A DNA stretch of 64,000 bases from Octopus sinensis (lineage: Eukaryota): assembly GCF_006345805.1 (NCBI RefSeq), contig NC_042999.1:28582001-28646000 (forward strand), given 5' to 3'. Below are positions 26,801-40,979 of this stretch, piece after piece. Numbering within the stretch: the first letter of the stretch is position 1; each line of letters starts with the position of its first letter. The notes below the pieces were generated by a model. It saw nothing but the letters and a program-made list of their open reading frames with translations, had not been told where the DNA came from and ran no database searches. The position numbers were made by a program, and so were the translations under genes.

Positions 26801-27248
26801 CCTTTGAAATATAACATTGAAGAAGATCGTTCGGCTCTCACTTGTAAGTGTAAAATTATTAGGCTTTCAAAGGCAGGAATGAAAGGAGCAAGCACTTGTG
26901 GCAAATGTAGACACTCCAGCAGACACGACTGAGAAATAGAGCTGAATGCCTTCACATAATGAAGTCATACACTTGCCAAGTTTTTACATAGTTTCATCAC
27001 TACTGATTTACTTATGAAATCTGTTTCAGCACGTCCTCCACACTCCATTATTGCAACCTGCTTGTTTTACAGTGAGCTTGTCGCTGGACTCACAATGATC
27101 CTCGATAAACTGGTTGAGACAGCATGTGTACAGGAGCTATAGTTTTTTGTCACCTCGGTGGCTTCATTCTTGATTACAAAATTTTTCTGTGCAAGCCTAT
27201 TTTGTGTTTCAATCCGATCTTCCATAGTTATTTGAAATAAACATATTA

Positions 27249-27644
27249 GGCGCAGGAGTGGCTGTGTGGTAAGTAGCTTGCTAACACACCACATGGTTCT
27301 GAGTTCAGTCCCACTGCGCGGCATCTTGGGCAAGTGTCTTCTGCTATAGCCCCGGGCCGACCAATGCCTTGTGAGTGGATTTGGTAGACAGAAACTGAAA
27401 GAAGCCTGTCGTATATATGTATATATATGTATGTATGTGTGTGTGTGTGCCTGTGTTTGTCCCCCTAGCATTGCTTGACAACCGATGCTGGTGTGTTTAC
27501 GTCCCCGTCACTTAGCGGTTCGGCAAAAAGAGACCGATAGAATAAGTACTGGGCTTACAAAGAATAAGTCCCGGGGTCGAGTTGCTCGATTAAAGGCGGT
27601 GCTCCAGCATGGCCGCAGTCAAATGACTGAAACAAGTAAGAGAG
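27249..27644 (+). mobile_element. tRNA-derived SINE with an internal (TA/TG)n tract and a LINE-related 3' tail
   Basis: A-box-like tggctgtgtgg, B-box gagttcagtcc, central catcttgggcaagtgtcttc, and tail ggcggtgctccagcatggccgcagtcaaatgactgaaac (27595-27633). Confidence 0.9.
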
Positions 27645-28899
27645 CGTGGTTTTCTGTAAAATATCGTACCTTCCCTTTATACTATTTGCCTATAACTATG
27701 CTGAAAATGTCAAGATCAATTTCATGTTTTACTGTAAATGTTGGTGCAGCATTCTCTCCCTACTCTAATTAGCCAGAAGACTTTAAAACTGAACTTAACC
27801 TTTTCATTCCAAAATCTCAAACACATTCTTGAGGTTGAAAGTTTTCTTAAGAGTAATAATTTCCTTCTTCATCTTTCTGTATAATTCCAGTTTTAGACTT
27901 GTGATTATTCAGGCTCCTTAAAAATATTGTAGCAGAGATATACACTCAGCGCCCAAATTTGTGTTTTAGGGAATTAATCTTCCTGCAAGAGTTTGATGCA
28001 AAGGGATACCAGAGTTTTGTAAATTTATTCATAAGAGGTAATTGGTCAGGTGTAAAATCATTATTCTGCTTAGATTGTATTATCGTGGTTAATCATCGAA
28101 TATGGTTAAAGATCTTCACAGATCTTATTTAGAATCGTATTTAGAATCAGTCCTTGTTTAGTAGTATCGTTAGCATATACACTGCAGAGGTTTCCTAGGT
28201 TTTCTTTGACAGTGATAGTAATTGTGGATACAAGGGTACTAATGTCCTCGTTGTTAACGCCACATGGTGCCACGTGCTCTTCAAACATCGTTTGAACATT
28301 GAATTTTAGGATTACTTTTTCTTAATCTTGTTAAGAATGGCCTGCCACTTGACGAAAGTTTTAAAAAGTTTACTGGGGAATTGGGTTTCACGATGATTCA
28401 AAGTTGTATATATTCCACAGTTGTCTGTTGAGCCCCGAAGCACATCTTGGTTTAGATGTAAATCCCAAGTAAAATCGAAAAAGTACTTACGTCTTCTGAC
28501 ATAGCATTTTCATCAGGAGTGTTTATGTTCATTTAAGCCATGTTCCTGTTCACGAAATTCCATGTGGTTTAAACTAAAATGTATTTTTCTAACTTATAAT
28601 TGGAGATATTAACTAGTTGCTGATTTGATTAGAGGAGTCAGCATTATTCTTAATGAAACGTTCAAACATAATTTTTACAGTCTTCTCTATCTGCCCGTAT
28701 GAAGTTGACAGTGGCTCGTTCTCTTATGAATTAATGTATGTATGTGAGTATGAATGTATGTATATATGTATGTATAGGTGCACATTTGTAGGTTGTGCTT
28801 TATGTGTGTATTTTTACGCATATAATTGCGTATCTAGACATGCTCCTATATAATCAACTGATAAATGTTTGGAAAGTTTTACATATTTTAACAGTTTCA

Positions 28900-29760
28900 G
28901 TAAAGCCTTGAATTTTTACTCTTCGAAACAGCTTTCTCCTTTCTGGAGTTTTGAGAAACCTAATCTCTCAACATTTGTATTTAGGAACTGTGTAACTTAT
29001 TCCAGTGTCAGAATAATTACTGGAATAAATCTAAACTTGTAATATGGGTAGATTTCTCAATACTTCAGCGTAAATATTCTGTTTTTTGTTGATCTTCAGT
29101 TCTATGTTAGCATACGCTGGGTAGCAGATTTCCACAGTTGTACGCAGTTTCCCTTCTCTGTTTCAAATCATTATATCAAGTTTATTGCCTTTACATTTTA
29201 TTTAGGTTTTCGTTGGGGCATACCTCCAGTACTCCTTTTTTATTATGACTGGCTATGGCTTCTATTAAACTGTGAGTTTTTATATCTCTGTCCTCGAGGT
29301 TATCTTTCCAACAGATCTCATTATACAGTGTCCGAGCTACATCATGTCTCATCGGCAGATTATACCCTAATGACATTTTCGGAGAACTGACTATGATGTG
29401 GATCATATTTTCGGCGTGAACTCCACAAAAACTGCATCAGTTGTCATATTTTACTGCTTTTCTGCTTCTCTGTCTCTTTTGTGTATCAAGTATTTGGTTG
29501 ACATTTCCAGTTCCTGGATTGCAAACTCATACCCTTCAAAGTGGGAGTTAGTAATTTGGCTGTTCGTCCGCCATAGAATGCTTTGATGATCAATGGCAAT
29601 ATCATCTCGGAGCTTTCAACTAGCATATCCATGATTGATCATCTACTGATATACGCTTATCCTTTGAACTGCTGATTCTTTGCGGCAGAGTCGTGCGATT
29701 AATTAGGGAATGCATTTAAGGTTATCAGACTAGGAATGCTGCTCAAGAAGCTGCTTTCCA
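28900..29760 (-). mobile_element. Decayed REL-endonuclease non-LTR retrotransposon (R4-like, another family)
   Basis: The ORF track gives LPMRHDVARTLYNEI (RHD motif). Downstream remnants resemble KPDI / VEICCP / KEN.Y..L..NL...YP.YKF, with many disruptions. Confidence 0.55.
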
Positions 29761-30419
29761 AGTCTCAGGATGTTATCAGCTTCATGGATGCAGACATGGT
29801 CAAAGGATGCACTTCGACACTTGGTGGTTAAAAGATGTTGCCGAAGGTATATGATACGACATTCAGATGCAATCTGGATTGAGATTAAGCCTCTGCCACC
29901 TTGTTTTCGTTTTAGGTTGAGACAGTCTACATTAGTGTTGATGTGGAATTATGTGTGCTGGTGAGTAACTTCCGGGTTTTCACATCAATGGCTTGGATGT
30001 CATTAAGCGTCTAATCAAGCAGCCGAGTTGTTAATATGAGTACTGGCACTGCAAACATATTGTGCGCCAGCCACTGCTTCATTAAATGCGGAGAGTTCCG
30101 CGGTCAAAATTTTCTATATTCAACTGTAATATTCTTTAGTGACACGTGTTTTGTCACACGCACCATTGTAAGATATGTTATCATTAGCACCTGTATACAT
30201 GTAACATTCTTCATCAGATATAGGGGCAACAGTTAAGTCATTGGTGCAGATGTTGCTAATCTAGATTATAGTTTTCCCTCTTTTTACAGCCACATAGCAA
30301 CATTTATCCTCACCAAAATACAGCCCTATATCCTTTGAGAATGTTGAAACAAGGTTAAAGCTTTGTTACAATGTAGAATGTTGTAACAAGGTTAAGTTTA
30401 AGAGATAAGAAATTATGCA

Positions 30420-31460
30420 CATTATTTACATTATTTACACTTGACGGATATTTGTCCTCATCTCGTTTGTTGTTAACACAACATTTCAGTTGATATACCC
30501 TCCAGCCTTCATGGGGTGTCTTTGGGAAATTTCGAACCTGGGTTCTCATTCCTAAGGTAGCCTTCATTAATACCAGCATATGATGTACTGATTAAGAGCG
30601 CGGGTTACTAACCATTGTGATATGCTACTATTCCCATTTAGAAATTTCTGGTACAGGTTGATAAGAAATGTTCGGTTGAAATTTAGCTTCTTGTGCCAGT
30701 ATCCGTATAATGCTTTGTTGTTAAAAGCTATTGATATTGAAGGTGTTTTGGTTCACCTTGTAGGAATTATTTTGGATAAAGAAAAAAGAACAAATCTGTG
30801 TAGAAGTTTCATTGTTGTTGACGCCTTGGGAGGTTAATGCTTATATAACTGTCTTGTTCGGGATGGGTTGAGAATGATATTTTTGCTGTCGTTTTGGAAA
30901 GCATTTTTCTTTCTTATACTTTTATTTGGTGGTCAACCGTGGCAGTGATTTCTGGTTATTCATTATGTGTCCTTACTAAAGATTCAAAAATACTATCGAT
31001 AACAAAAACCGTACTGGTGATGTTTACCATAGCGATACCAATAATTACATTTGGGCTTCACAAAATAAATATACAAGAAAAAGAACGAAAAGTCAATCAG
31101 GCTCTTCCAGGTACTTTTGCAAATCGAAGTTTCTGGGTCAAAGTTGTTAGGGTATCACCATCAATGCTGTATGTCTTGAGTATAATTTTTCGAATTTCTT
31201 CGAGTCACAGACTCCAGAAAGTGTCTATGTCTTCTTGAGAAGGAGCTTCTATAATGTTAATTGCTTCTCGTTTCAAGTCTCTGTATACTGTTATTTTTTT
31301 CTCTCTCCGTTATTCTCTTCCGATGTCGGAGTTTCTCATTGATGGCTTTTAGCTCCTTATTTAGGTTGATCAGTTTCCAAGTGATGGTCCTTTTTCTCCA
31401 AACATCAACTGTCTCCGTCTTCACTTTTTTGTTGGTGAGACGTACTTTAATTTGCTTGTT
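30420..31460 (-). mobile_element. Old, probably PLE-derived element ending in a decayed hammerhead-like motif
   Basis: Minus strand ~30520-30474 is gacac-cccatga-aggctggagggtatatcaact-gaaatgt-tgtgtt. Upstream are basic, coiled-coil-like coding remnants (31257-31469). About 390 bp (30711-31083) is duplicated at 34927-35304. Confidence 0.4.
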
Positions 31461-31727
31461 TACACGCATTACACATCATCACATTGCTGATGTTCTTCCT
31501 TAAGCAGATGTATGTATGTAGGTATGTATGTATGTATGTATGTATGTATGTATGTATGTATGTATGTATGTATGTATGTATGTATGTATGTATGTATGTA
31601 TGTATGTACGTACGTATGTATGTATGTATGTGTGTATGTATGTATGTATGTATATGTGTACGTACGTATGTACCCATCTGTCTCACTAAACAAACACACA
31701 GACGCATAAGCACACACATACGTATGT

Positions 31728-31944
31728 TTCTATATTACCCTTAAGGGCTAAACATAGAGGGGACAAACAAGGACAGACAAACGAATTATGTCGATGAGTG
31801 CGTAACTGGTACTTAATTTATCAACCCCGAAAGAATGAAAGGCAAAGTCGACCTCGGCGGAATTTGAACTCGGAACGTAACGACAGACGAAATACGGCTA
31901 CGCATTTCGCCCGGCGTGCTAACGTTTCTGCCAGCTCGCCGCCT
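31728..31944 (-). mobile_element. tRNA-derived SINE (family of 12371-12600)
   Basis: Near-complete match to 12371-12600: gggctaaacatagaggggacaaacaaggacagac..gctaacgtttctgccagctcgccgcc. Confidence 0.92.
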
Positions 31945-32783
31945 TATTAGCTCGTCATATATAGGTATGTGTTGAGTTAGACCGTGTTTACAGGCAGATT
32001 ATAAATCCAGTGTCAATTTACACCACAAGTGTAATTTAATCATTGGGGAAAATCTACACTGGGAAAATCTATAATGCGACGTACTGTGACTGGTATAATC
32101 AATTTAAAACCACTGATTGTGATGCGCCAGCGCGGATGCAGACCGATGAAAGATGCAGCTTGAGATGCCATATTTCTAATACGATTGGATGTAAACTGAA
32201 ACTGGTTTCCTGCTCACTCTAGCAGAGAAAAAAATAACAGGCTCTCTCAGAGGTGACCGGCTTCAAATGAAGAGCGCTTTTCACTGCAACAGGCACAATC
32301 AAATTCATCGTAGATATGAATATCGTGATACGGAATTCAAATATATCAAATTTAAATTTTAATGTGAACAAAGTACCATACTCAAAAGTTAAAATTTCGT
32401 GGCATAGTTTTCCTTACTTAATGCCAAATTTTTGAGCACTTATTCCTCATAAAGAATTATTTATGTATTAACTTCGTCATACTAACATACTGATACTATG
32501 ACTGTTATACGAAATACTTTCCATACATTATTTTCCACGCATGCGCGTCGCAAACAATTTCCGATTTCAAAATCACTACGCTGCATTCGTTTCATAAAGA
32601 AGATCTATTCACTGCTATATCACATATGAATAAACCGCATTCTTATGGTTTCTTATTTCAGCAAAATATCATTCTACATATGGCTTCTAAAATATTTTCG
32701 AAAACACGTTACCATAGTCCTTCCTCCATATTTATACCTAGAAATATGTGTATTACTTTATATAGGTATAAGTATGTGTGTGC

Positions 32784-32849
<66 letters not shown>

Positions 32850-34926
32850 ATATAAATACACACATATGCATACAAGACAGATGTCGATGAACCGAAATTA
32901 CAAACAACATTAAGTATCTAAGATCTAAGATTAACATGTATTTGCTTGATGTTGTTGAAAATATAGGAATAGCTATAGTTTTAATACTGGAGACAGATTA
33001 GATATATGTCATGGAATTCGAAATGCAATTTGTCAGAATTAATAGGGTGTCGAATGAAATTCCTTTCATTACCTATTCATAGACTTCGCTTTTGAAGTTC
33101 AAATCCCGTCGTAGTAAGTAATGTATAAAGTGTTAGTAAGTTTCACGTCACTCCCTGGTACATTCGGCGAGGTCCACTTTGACGTAAACATTTCGGTCGT
33201 GTTTCCGATTGGCCCTTCCTTTTCTCCATCTCCCTCTCTTTTGGATCATTTTCCCTGTAATAAGGAGCTTGGGTACTATCCTCCATGTTTAATTGGAAGA
33301 TGGAAAAAGAAATGATAAAGAAAACAAAACAAAACTCAGGCTGCAACAATCACACTTAAAGACTTCTAAACGTTATTCACAAACATACACCGGACAATTT
33401 CTAAAAGAGGACGCTGGTTTCAATTCTTTAGATACAATGACCGAAATGGTAAGAGAAAATATAATTATGAAAATATTCTTCTGACGTGAATACATAAATT
33501 ATTGACTGGATACATGATGGTGGTGGTGGCCATTGCTATTAGAGATATAAAGTGATTATTATTATGAATTATAGACTTAGAGTGGAATAGATTAAGTACT
33601 TCATGAAAAAATCCATGTCATGCACCTGTAATCAGGTTCTAGCAGCAACTAGTACCACTATATATGAAGTTGCGTCTTAAGTTTACTTGAAATTAACTAA
33701 GGATTGTCGTGGTCGTGTCAACTGCTTCCTCTGTCAACCGCATTTTGTGAAATTGCTGCGAGTGGTATTCATCCCTATCATCTGAAAACCATAGATTTAG
33801 ACTGCGTTGCAAAAACCCGGAGAGAGGAAGAAACCTCAGTGGTATGCTGTAGTGTAAATAAAGTGTTTCAAGCGTATTCTTGAAGGTGAGAAAAACAATG
33901 AAGTGAAAGAAATTATGGGAGACGAACGTGTTGAATGTGTCTAGATGGTGGAGGGGATTAATTATGAAATTAATTGTAGTAACGATTAAAATAATGTAAA
34001 AGACACCAAACATGTTATTTGCTCAATGGCCAATGAAGAGCAACATTTGTGTCTCTTTATCTGAGCTTTGTACTGGTGAAATGAAGTCAGAATTTGATCT
34101 GAAAGTAGGAACCTTCACCAAATATTTGCAATACAGGAACCACGGCTAAAATAACGTGGGACCGATGGTAATGAACTGATTTATCGTAAAAGAAACATCT
34201 TAGATTTATGCTATTTACATTTACAAACCTAGTGGTATATCCATAACCATCAGTTGCAAGCGACTATGAGCTGTTAGCATGTACCTTACCATCGCTAATT
34301 ATGTAGTAGTCTTTGTAGAAGCGAACAGTCATAGAAACGCTTTCAGTAGTTCTAACTGAGATATTCCTGTTCCAACACTCAGTTCGTACTAATTTTCAGA
34401 TAAGTGGAATAATATGAAATGAAGAGCAATACACAAAGCGCACGTAGCTTAGGAAACGAATCAATAAGTGTTAATCCAACGCTCGAAATACTAAGCCAGA
34501 TACCATCACTAAATTCTCAATGAAACTCGGTTTATCTACGTGTATATATTGCCTCCAGGTATATATCCTATGTGCCCTTTATCTCTGAGGTCCACAATGT
34601 GATAACGAGGTGAACTACACCTTAAAATCTCTGCTGGAGTTTGGAATGTGTGCTACAGTTATTACTGACACTAGTATTTTTTGTAATAAACTATGTATTC
34701 TGTATTGCTTTTCTAAATAGAAACTTTCGAAAGTGCAATGAATTAATAATATGACAGTTTGCTATAAAAAATATCGATGCTGAAATTTAGGAAGAGGTTT
34801 GCAATAGAATTTTTGTCTGTATCAGTTAGTTAAATATATTAACTAGAGTCAGCAGATTGCTCATATAAAGCTTACCTGCAGCGATACAGCATTATTAAGA
34901 ACAACAACAACAGCTACATCTGTATA

Positions 34927-35304
34927 ATGCTTTGTTGTTAAAAGCTATTGATGTTGAAGGTGTTTTGGTTCACCTTGTAGGAATTATTTTGGATAAATAA
35001 AAAAGAACAGACAAGTCTGTGTAGAAGTTTCATTGTTGTTGACGCCTTGGGAGGTTAATGCTTATATGAATGTCTTGTTCGGGATGGGTTGAGAATGATA
35101 TTTTTGCTGTCGTTTTTGGAAGTATTTTTCTTTCTTATACTTTTATTTGGTGGACAGCCGTGGCAGTGATTTCTGGTTATTCATTATGTGTCCTTACTAA
35201 AGATTCAAAAATACTACCGATAACAAAAACCGTACTGGTGATGTTTACAATAGCGATACCAATAATTACATTTGGGCTTCACAAAATAAATATACAGGAA
35301 AAAT
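34927..35304. repeat. Second copy of 30711-31083
   Basis: tgctttgttgttaaaagctattgat..gggcttcacaaaataaatataca.gaaaaa is present at both loci with scattered substitutions. Confidence 0.92.
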
Positions 35305-37471
35305 AACGAAGAAAGAACGAAAAGACAGGTTAGCTATAAAGGAATATAGTCATTGTACATTTTATACGTTCTTTACAGAATGGAAGAATTGAACGAAAGT
35401 AGAATAATTGTTATAGTCATCTAATCATATTGATTTCTAAGATGAATGTAGGACTTCATATTCAGTGAGAAGATATGCTCATTTGTATTGGCCCCAGTGT
35501 TTGGATCCTATCTTATGGATCCCGGAAATTTGTTTTATCTTAGAATCCCCATCGAGAACAGCAAATAAATGACAAGAGACTACATTCTGTAAGCAAATAA
35601 AAGCAAAATTAAGAATGAAATAAGTAACAGCACACTATGGTATAGCAGTCTGACATCCAGACTACCTTAAGAAAAAAACCCAAAAGTAGTAAATCAATTC
35701 TCAAAAACGTAAATAACTATGCGACTCATTCCACAATATTGAAACTTGACCACTTATGCATCATTGCGTTTGGGTATCGAAGTAAAAGACTGCTCTTAAA
35801 TAATTATCCGCTCTTATAGTTGCGACTATTACTTTTCATGACTTTCACATGTCTTGATAAACTATCTCTATACAGGTCCGTTATTCGCATGGGTTTACCA
35901 TTTTCTATGATCAATCCCTTTCTAAATACTAAATAATGTGAATAACTTTACTGGTATAACTAATCTAGCAATACTGAGTCAACAAATAGTTATAGTAACA
36001 CGAGCAACTTTTTAACGCTTAATATTCTTTTTGCTAGACATTGTATTTCAAAATTCTTTCTTGGAAAAACATATTCAACGAAGGCTATTTACAATTGAGA
36101 CAAATTTCTGCTACTTAATCATTGCAAATAAAATTATTATTTTCATGTACGAATTGCCGAACACTTATATTCTCAAAGATACCTTGCTTGCAATAACTTC
36201 TATTTCAAATTTGTTTGCATCATATTTTGCTGCATGTCAGACAGGAATTTATATCAACGAATATATTCCGAGAAAATATCCCTTTGGTGTCTTATGCTGA
36301 TAAGAATCCATGAATATTTTTTATTGTATCTGCTTATCGTGCACAAACCATAATTGTATCTTAAGGAAAAATATATATTATCATTATTATACTTGAAGTA
36401 ATACCCTGAATACGTTATAACTTTTCCAAATACCTCGAGAGGTCTGCTTATGTGGGACTCGAGAGATTAGAATAATTTCCTTCCTGATTTTTACAGAACA
36501 TTCGTAATTGTTCTGTTGATATGCAAGTTTATATAGCACATAAATTTGATTTATTTAATCTCTCACATGCACACATATACATGCATATATACTATAGTCA
36601 TAATTATATATGCGTGTGCATGTGTGCATACGCGCGTGTGTTTTTGTGTGAAAGATTACTTACATAGCTAATCATTGTTTATTAATTCACATTTAAAACG
36701 ACGATTAGTTGGCAGAAATTTTGCATGTGGGGTATTTTTCCGCCTGTTTAGGATTTGGGTGCAAATACAATCGAAATTGGGTAATCCTTCAATCCTTTTG
36801 GGCTCTATGAAATGAGTACGACTAGAGGATTGGGGTCATTGTAATCAACACCTATCCCGTCAAAATTGTTGATATTGTACCAAATTACATTGCATTTTTC
36901 AAAAATGTTTTTGGGACACACGTGAACACCTTTACATATTTATGACTTATGCTTAGTATGTAACAAAACTCATTAGTATTAGGATATTTCAAAAAATATA
37001 ATACTATTTAAAAAGATTTGTGTCGTGTTATTTTCTATTTGCTTACACTTAGAAAATATGAAAAATGGCTAATATTTCCAACAAAAGTTTGCTTTTATTA
37101 CATTATTCCAGCGCCAAAGAATCCATGTCAACACATAACTATGATGTTCCCTGACTATCCCTGCTCCTGATCACATGAGGAGATGCACATATCATCAGAC
37201 ACTAAGAGACATGCTCAAGTGGTTAAAGTGAAACATCTGAAAAGAAATATTTGTTATTGAGTACAATATTCGCTATAATGATATTTCTGCTTCAGCACCT
37301 TAGCACTGAATATGTCTGAAATGTAATGGAACAGGAAGCAGTTTCAAAGCATTGATATCCAGGTCACAAAAACAAACTTTGTAGGGAATAGTAATCATTT
37401 ACTTTGATTTCTACATAGAAGCCACAAGAAAATAACTCTTACTGAACAAACACAAATAAAAATAAAAATTT

Positions 37472-37608
<137 letters not shown>

Positions 37609-39202
37609 AAGGGTGAAAAGGAACACACGAGTTGATATATATGAAAAAACAAGTCAAATATAGAAAATGCCAAAATAATTTTATAGTGAACATTTCAGTA
37701 CCGGTTTCGGTCATTTTGAGACCTTTTCAACTGTAACGATTAAATAATTAAGTTTAGAAAAATTAGAAGAAAAGTTTTTTTAAAGGAATATTTCTATAGT
37801 AGTGTTCAGATATAAGTGGCATTCTGCCTTTCTCTGACTCCCTTGTTTGCACTTGCGTGTCGGAGGTCGTTGTGAGTTCTTGGTAGGGTAGTAGAGGAAG
37901 ACGGCTGATGAGGAAAGGGGGTGGGAGAATCTGGGAGTGCCCTGATGGTCGTATTTTGAATGGTCAGTGGCGGCTGGCAGTCGCAGTTCAATTCAGGAGA
38001 ATATTTCTATTGAAAGGCTTGTTTATAGAATTTGCGTAGGTGTTATACTAAAAAACATTAGTGACAAAGTTAAGGGGTAGAAGGTGGAGAAGTAGAAGTA
38101 GAAGAAGAAGAAGAAGAAGTAGAAGAAGAAGAAGAAGATGACGATGTTGATGATGATGATGATGAAGAAGAAGAAGAAGAAGAAGAAGGAGAAGGAGAAG
38201 GAGAAGATGAAGATGATGGTGATGGTGGTGATGATTATGACGACGATGATGATGATAATGATGATGATGAAGAAGAAGAGGAAGAAGAAGAAAAAAACAG
38301 AGAAGGGAGACTATGAATGGGTTAAAGTAGTGAGGTGTTGTATGACTTGAATTTGGCATGTTATGGATTATAGTTGTGATTTTAGCTGTGATTAGTAATG
38401 GATTATTTGGAATGTAATATTTGTGTGTGAATATTTCTTTTATTCTAAAGTTGAGGTATATTAATTGTTTGTCGTAGACCCGTTAAGAAGTGGCCTGTAT
38501 TTTGTAATAAAGAGAGTTTCTTTACTTATTCGTTGTCTCGAGGTTGTATCGTCCCTAAATTGGTAGAGGGGGAAAATCCTGAAGCTTGGTGTTTTTTTGT
38601 TGGCGCAAGTATCTATGTGTTGGCTAAAAGCTATTTTTCTGTTTTGGGGAATTTTTATCTGGGATCTGTGCAGGGCCATTCGTTTACGCAAACTATTTTT
38701 TGTTTGGCCTATGTACTGCTCTTGACACCCGGAGCAGGTTAGTGAGTATATTAGGTTCTCCGAAGCACATGTGAAGTTGCTTTTCACTGTATACCTTTGT
38801 CCCTGTTTGAAGGAGAACTCTGATCCCTCAATTAGATAGTCGCATATCCCGCAATTGGGTCTTCCACATATTTTTACTGTCGGCTTATGTGTTGAAGAGT
38901 GAATTCGGGCTTGTGTTAGGAGACTTTTCATGGATTTAGCCTGTCTCTTGCTTTTTATGATCGTGTGTGTTTGGAGGATTGTGTTCATTCTGTGGTCTTT
39001 TTTTAGGAGGGGTTTGTTGTGGAGGATGGTGCCGAAGGCTTCGTTATTGAGAGGGTTGTGTGTGGAGATGTATGGTAAGGCTTTTGGTTGTAAGTTTTTC
39101 TTTGATTTGGGATGTCTCAGTTCCTTGATGTTAAGTTGAAGGGCACGTTGAATGCACTTGTCAATAAGTGAAGGTGGATAGTTCCTGGTGATAAGGGTAT
39201 CT
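37609..39202 (-). mobile_element. 5'-truncated Penelope-like element copy (GIY-YIG and 3' pLTR), diverged from the main copy
   Basis: ORF 38461..38988 encodes the Cys-rich linker and NLIYSLTCSGCQEQYIGQT. The 3' region matches 57640-58465, and the 3' end abuts (TA)n/(CA)n. Confidence 0.93.
37691..37738 (-). ncRNA. Type I hammerhead ribozyme (pLTR type, U3:A8 core)
   Basis: Reverse complement of cgttacag-TTGAAAA-ggtc-tcaaaat-gacc-GAAA-ccgg-TA-ctgaaatg; identical to the other four copies. Confidence 0.8.
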
Positions 39203-39230
39203 GATAGCCTGGTCGGTGAAGGGGATCACG

Positions 39231-39270
<40 letters not shown>

Positions 39271-39274
<4 letters not shown>

Positions 39275-39579
39275 CGTGATCCCCTTGACCGACCAGGCTA
39301 TCAGATGTTGCTACACATCGCTGGTCACAATGCGCTTCGCATTGTTTTAGCCTTCAAATGACGCCACCCCGCTGGCTAAGCGAGCAGGCCAACAGTAGAA
39401 AGACTGAGAGAAAGTGGCGGCGAAAGAGTACAGCTAGGATCGCCACCACCCCCTGCCGGAGCTTTGTGGAGCTTTAGGTCTTTTCGGTCAATAAACACAC
39501 GCAAAGCCCGGTCTGTGAATCGAAACCGCAATCCTACAAGCGCGACTCCGCTGACCTAACCGCTGAGCCATTGCGCGTC

Positions 39580-39580
<1 letters not shown>
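39271..39580 (-). mobile_element. tRNA-derived SINE
   Basis: Minus strand ggacgcgcaatggctcagcgg (A box) ..ggtttcgattc (B box). Shares head and body with 916-1200 but has a different tail ending at (TA)n. Confidence 0.88.
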
Positions 39581-39654
<74 letters not shown>

Positions 39655-39656
39655 TA

Positions 39657-39715
<59 letters not shown>

Positions 39716-40979
39716 ATAAACTTAATAGTGCTAAGAGGCTTAAACTTGAGCGGATACAGAAGTAAATGCAAGGATAAGCAACATAGATGAATATATAAAG
39801 TATGTAATATACTATGACTGTGTGCATATGTGTATGAGTATGTGTGTGTGCGTTTGTGTGTGTGTGTTTGCGTGTGTGTGTGTGTGTGAATGAGAGAGAG
39901 AGAGCGAGAAAGAGAGAGAGAAGAGAGAACGAGTGTGTTTCTGAGTGATCGTGTTTGCGTGAACGCGTTCCAGATATTTTGCTCGTATTTCACCTTGTAT
40001 TACTTTTATTTCAACACCATCTTCTTCCAATGCCCGAAAGGATCAACAAAACCAGGAATACAAGGATTCTAAAAGAAAGATCTTCGACAAAAATAGAATT
40101 GAAAAATCCATGATTTTTATGGAAGAAGTAAAGACTTAAATATCACGCTGTAACACTGTTTCCAACAACTACATTATCAGGAACACCAAACTTAAATTAA
40201 CAGAAAGGAAACTATTATAAATATATTTCCCTGGCGTGTATAAATCTATTCTTCTTAATATTAGTTCAATAACTATAAATGGAAATGTTGAGAGATTACC
40301 ATAAATCAACAAATATATTTGCGATATTTTGATACATTAGTCGGTTAAATTCTCATAAAAATTAAACATAAAATTAATTAAATTTGTTTAACAAAGTATG
40401 TGATTTTTTGTTATGCAATTTTTATGTTCTTGCTTTATATAATTTGAAATGAATATGAAGAATGGTCGATTGTTCTGCTTTCGATCAAACAATGTGTATG
40501 TAATACTACTGTCGCATCGGTCACTTATATTCAACTGTGTGCGCTGGCCTAACAAGTAAATTTGGTGGATAACGGTTGCCTGCACATTTATGCAAGTCCC
40601 TTCTTTTCACGTCACCGCAGATGTTATTGCATAAGGGCAATTCATTAGCGTGGATATAGCTCGGGGCATGCGTTGCCGCACATGTCACACAAAGGTCTGA
40701 AGCAAAAAGCACAATGCATTTCGTCCCACATTCCAAAATCTCCAGCAGTCCACCGCATTATTGTGGTACAGTTTTATTCATCTTGAAATAAAGAAGCGCA
40801 AAGTTGACCTCAGCGCAATTTGAACACAGAACGCACAGAGACAGAAGTAGCAGAGCGTGATGAGCACTAACTACGATACACTAACAACGATGGTCGTCTG
40901 AAAGAAATATATAATTGAACTTAACTATTCTAACTAATATAGTTCGTTCAAATTGCTTATGCTCGGGAAATACTTATAG

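Noticed and set aside
27900-28560. Minus-strand coding-like remnant (MFEEHVAPCGVNNED..)
   Set aside because: It is short and interrupted, with no recognisable family or splice signals.
33280-34010. Possible decayed PLE N-terminus and HHR-like gacc-gaaatggta
   Set aside because: The similarity is too weak and no core or stems could be assembled.
37905-37920. ctgatgaggaaa on the antisense strand of the PLE 3' UTR
   Set aside because: There is no room for stem II, and the other copies read ctggtgag, so it is a chance match.
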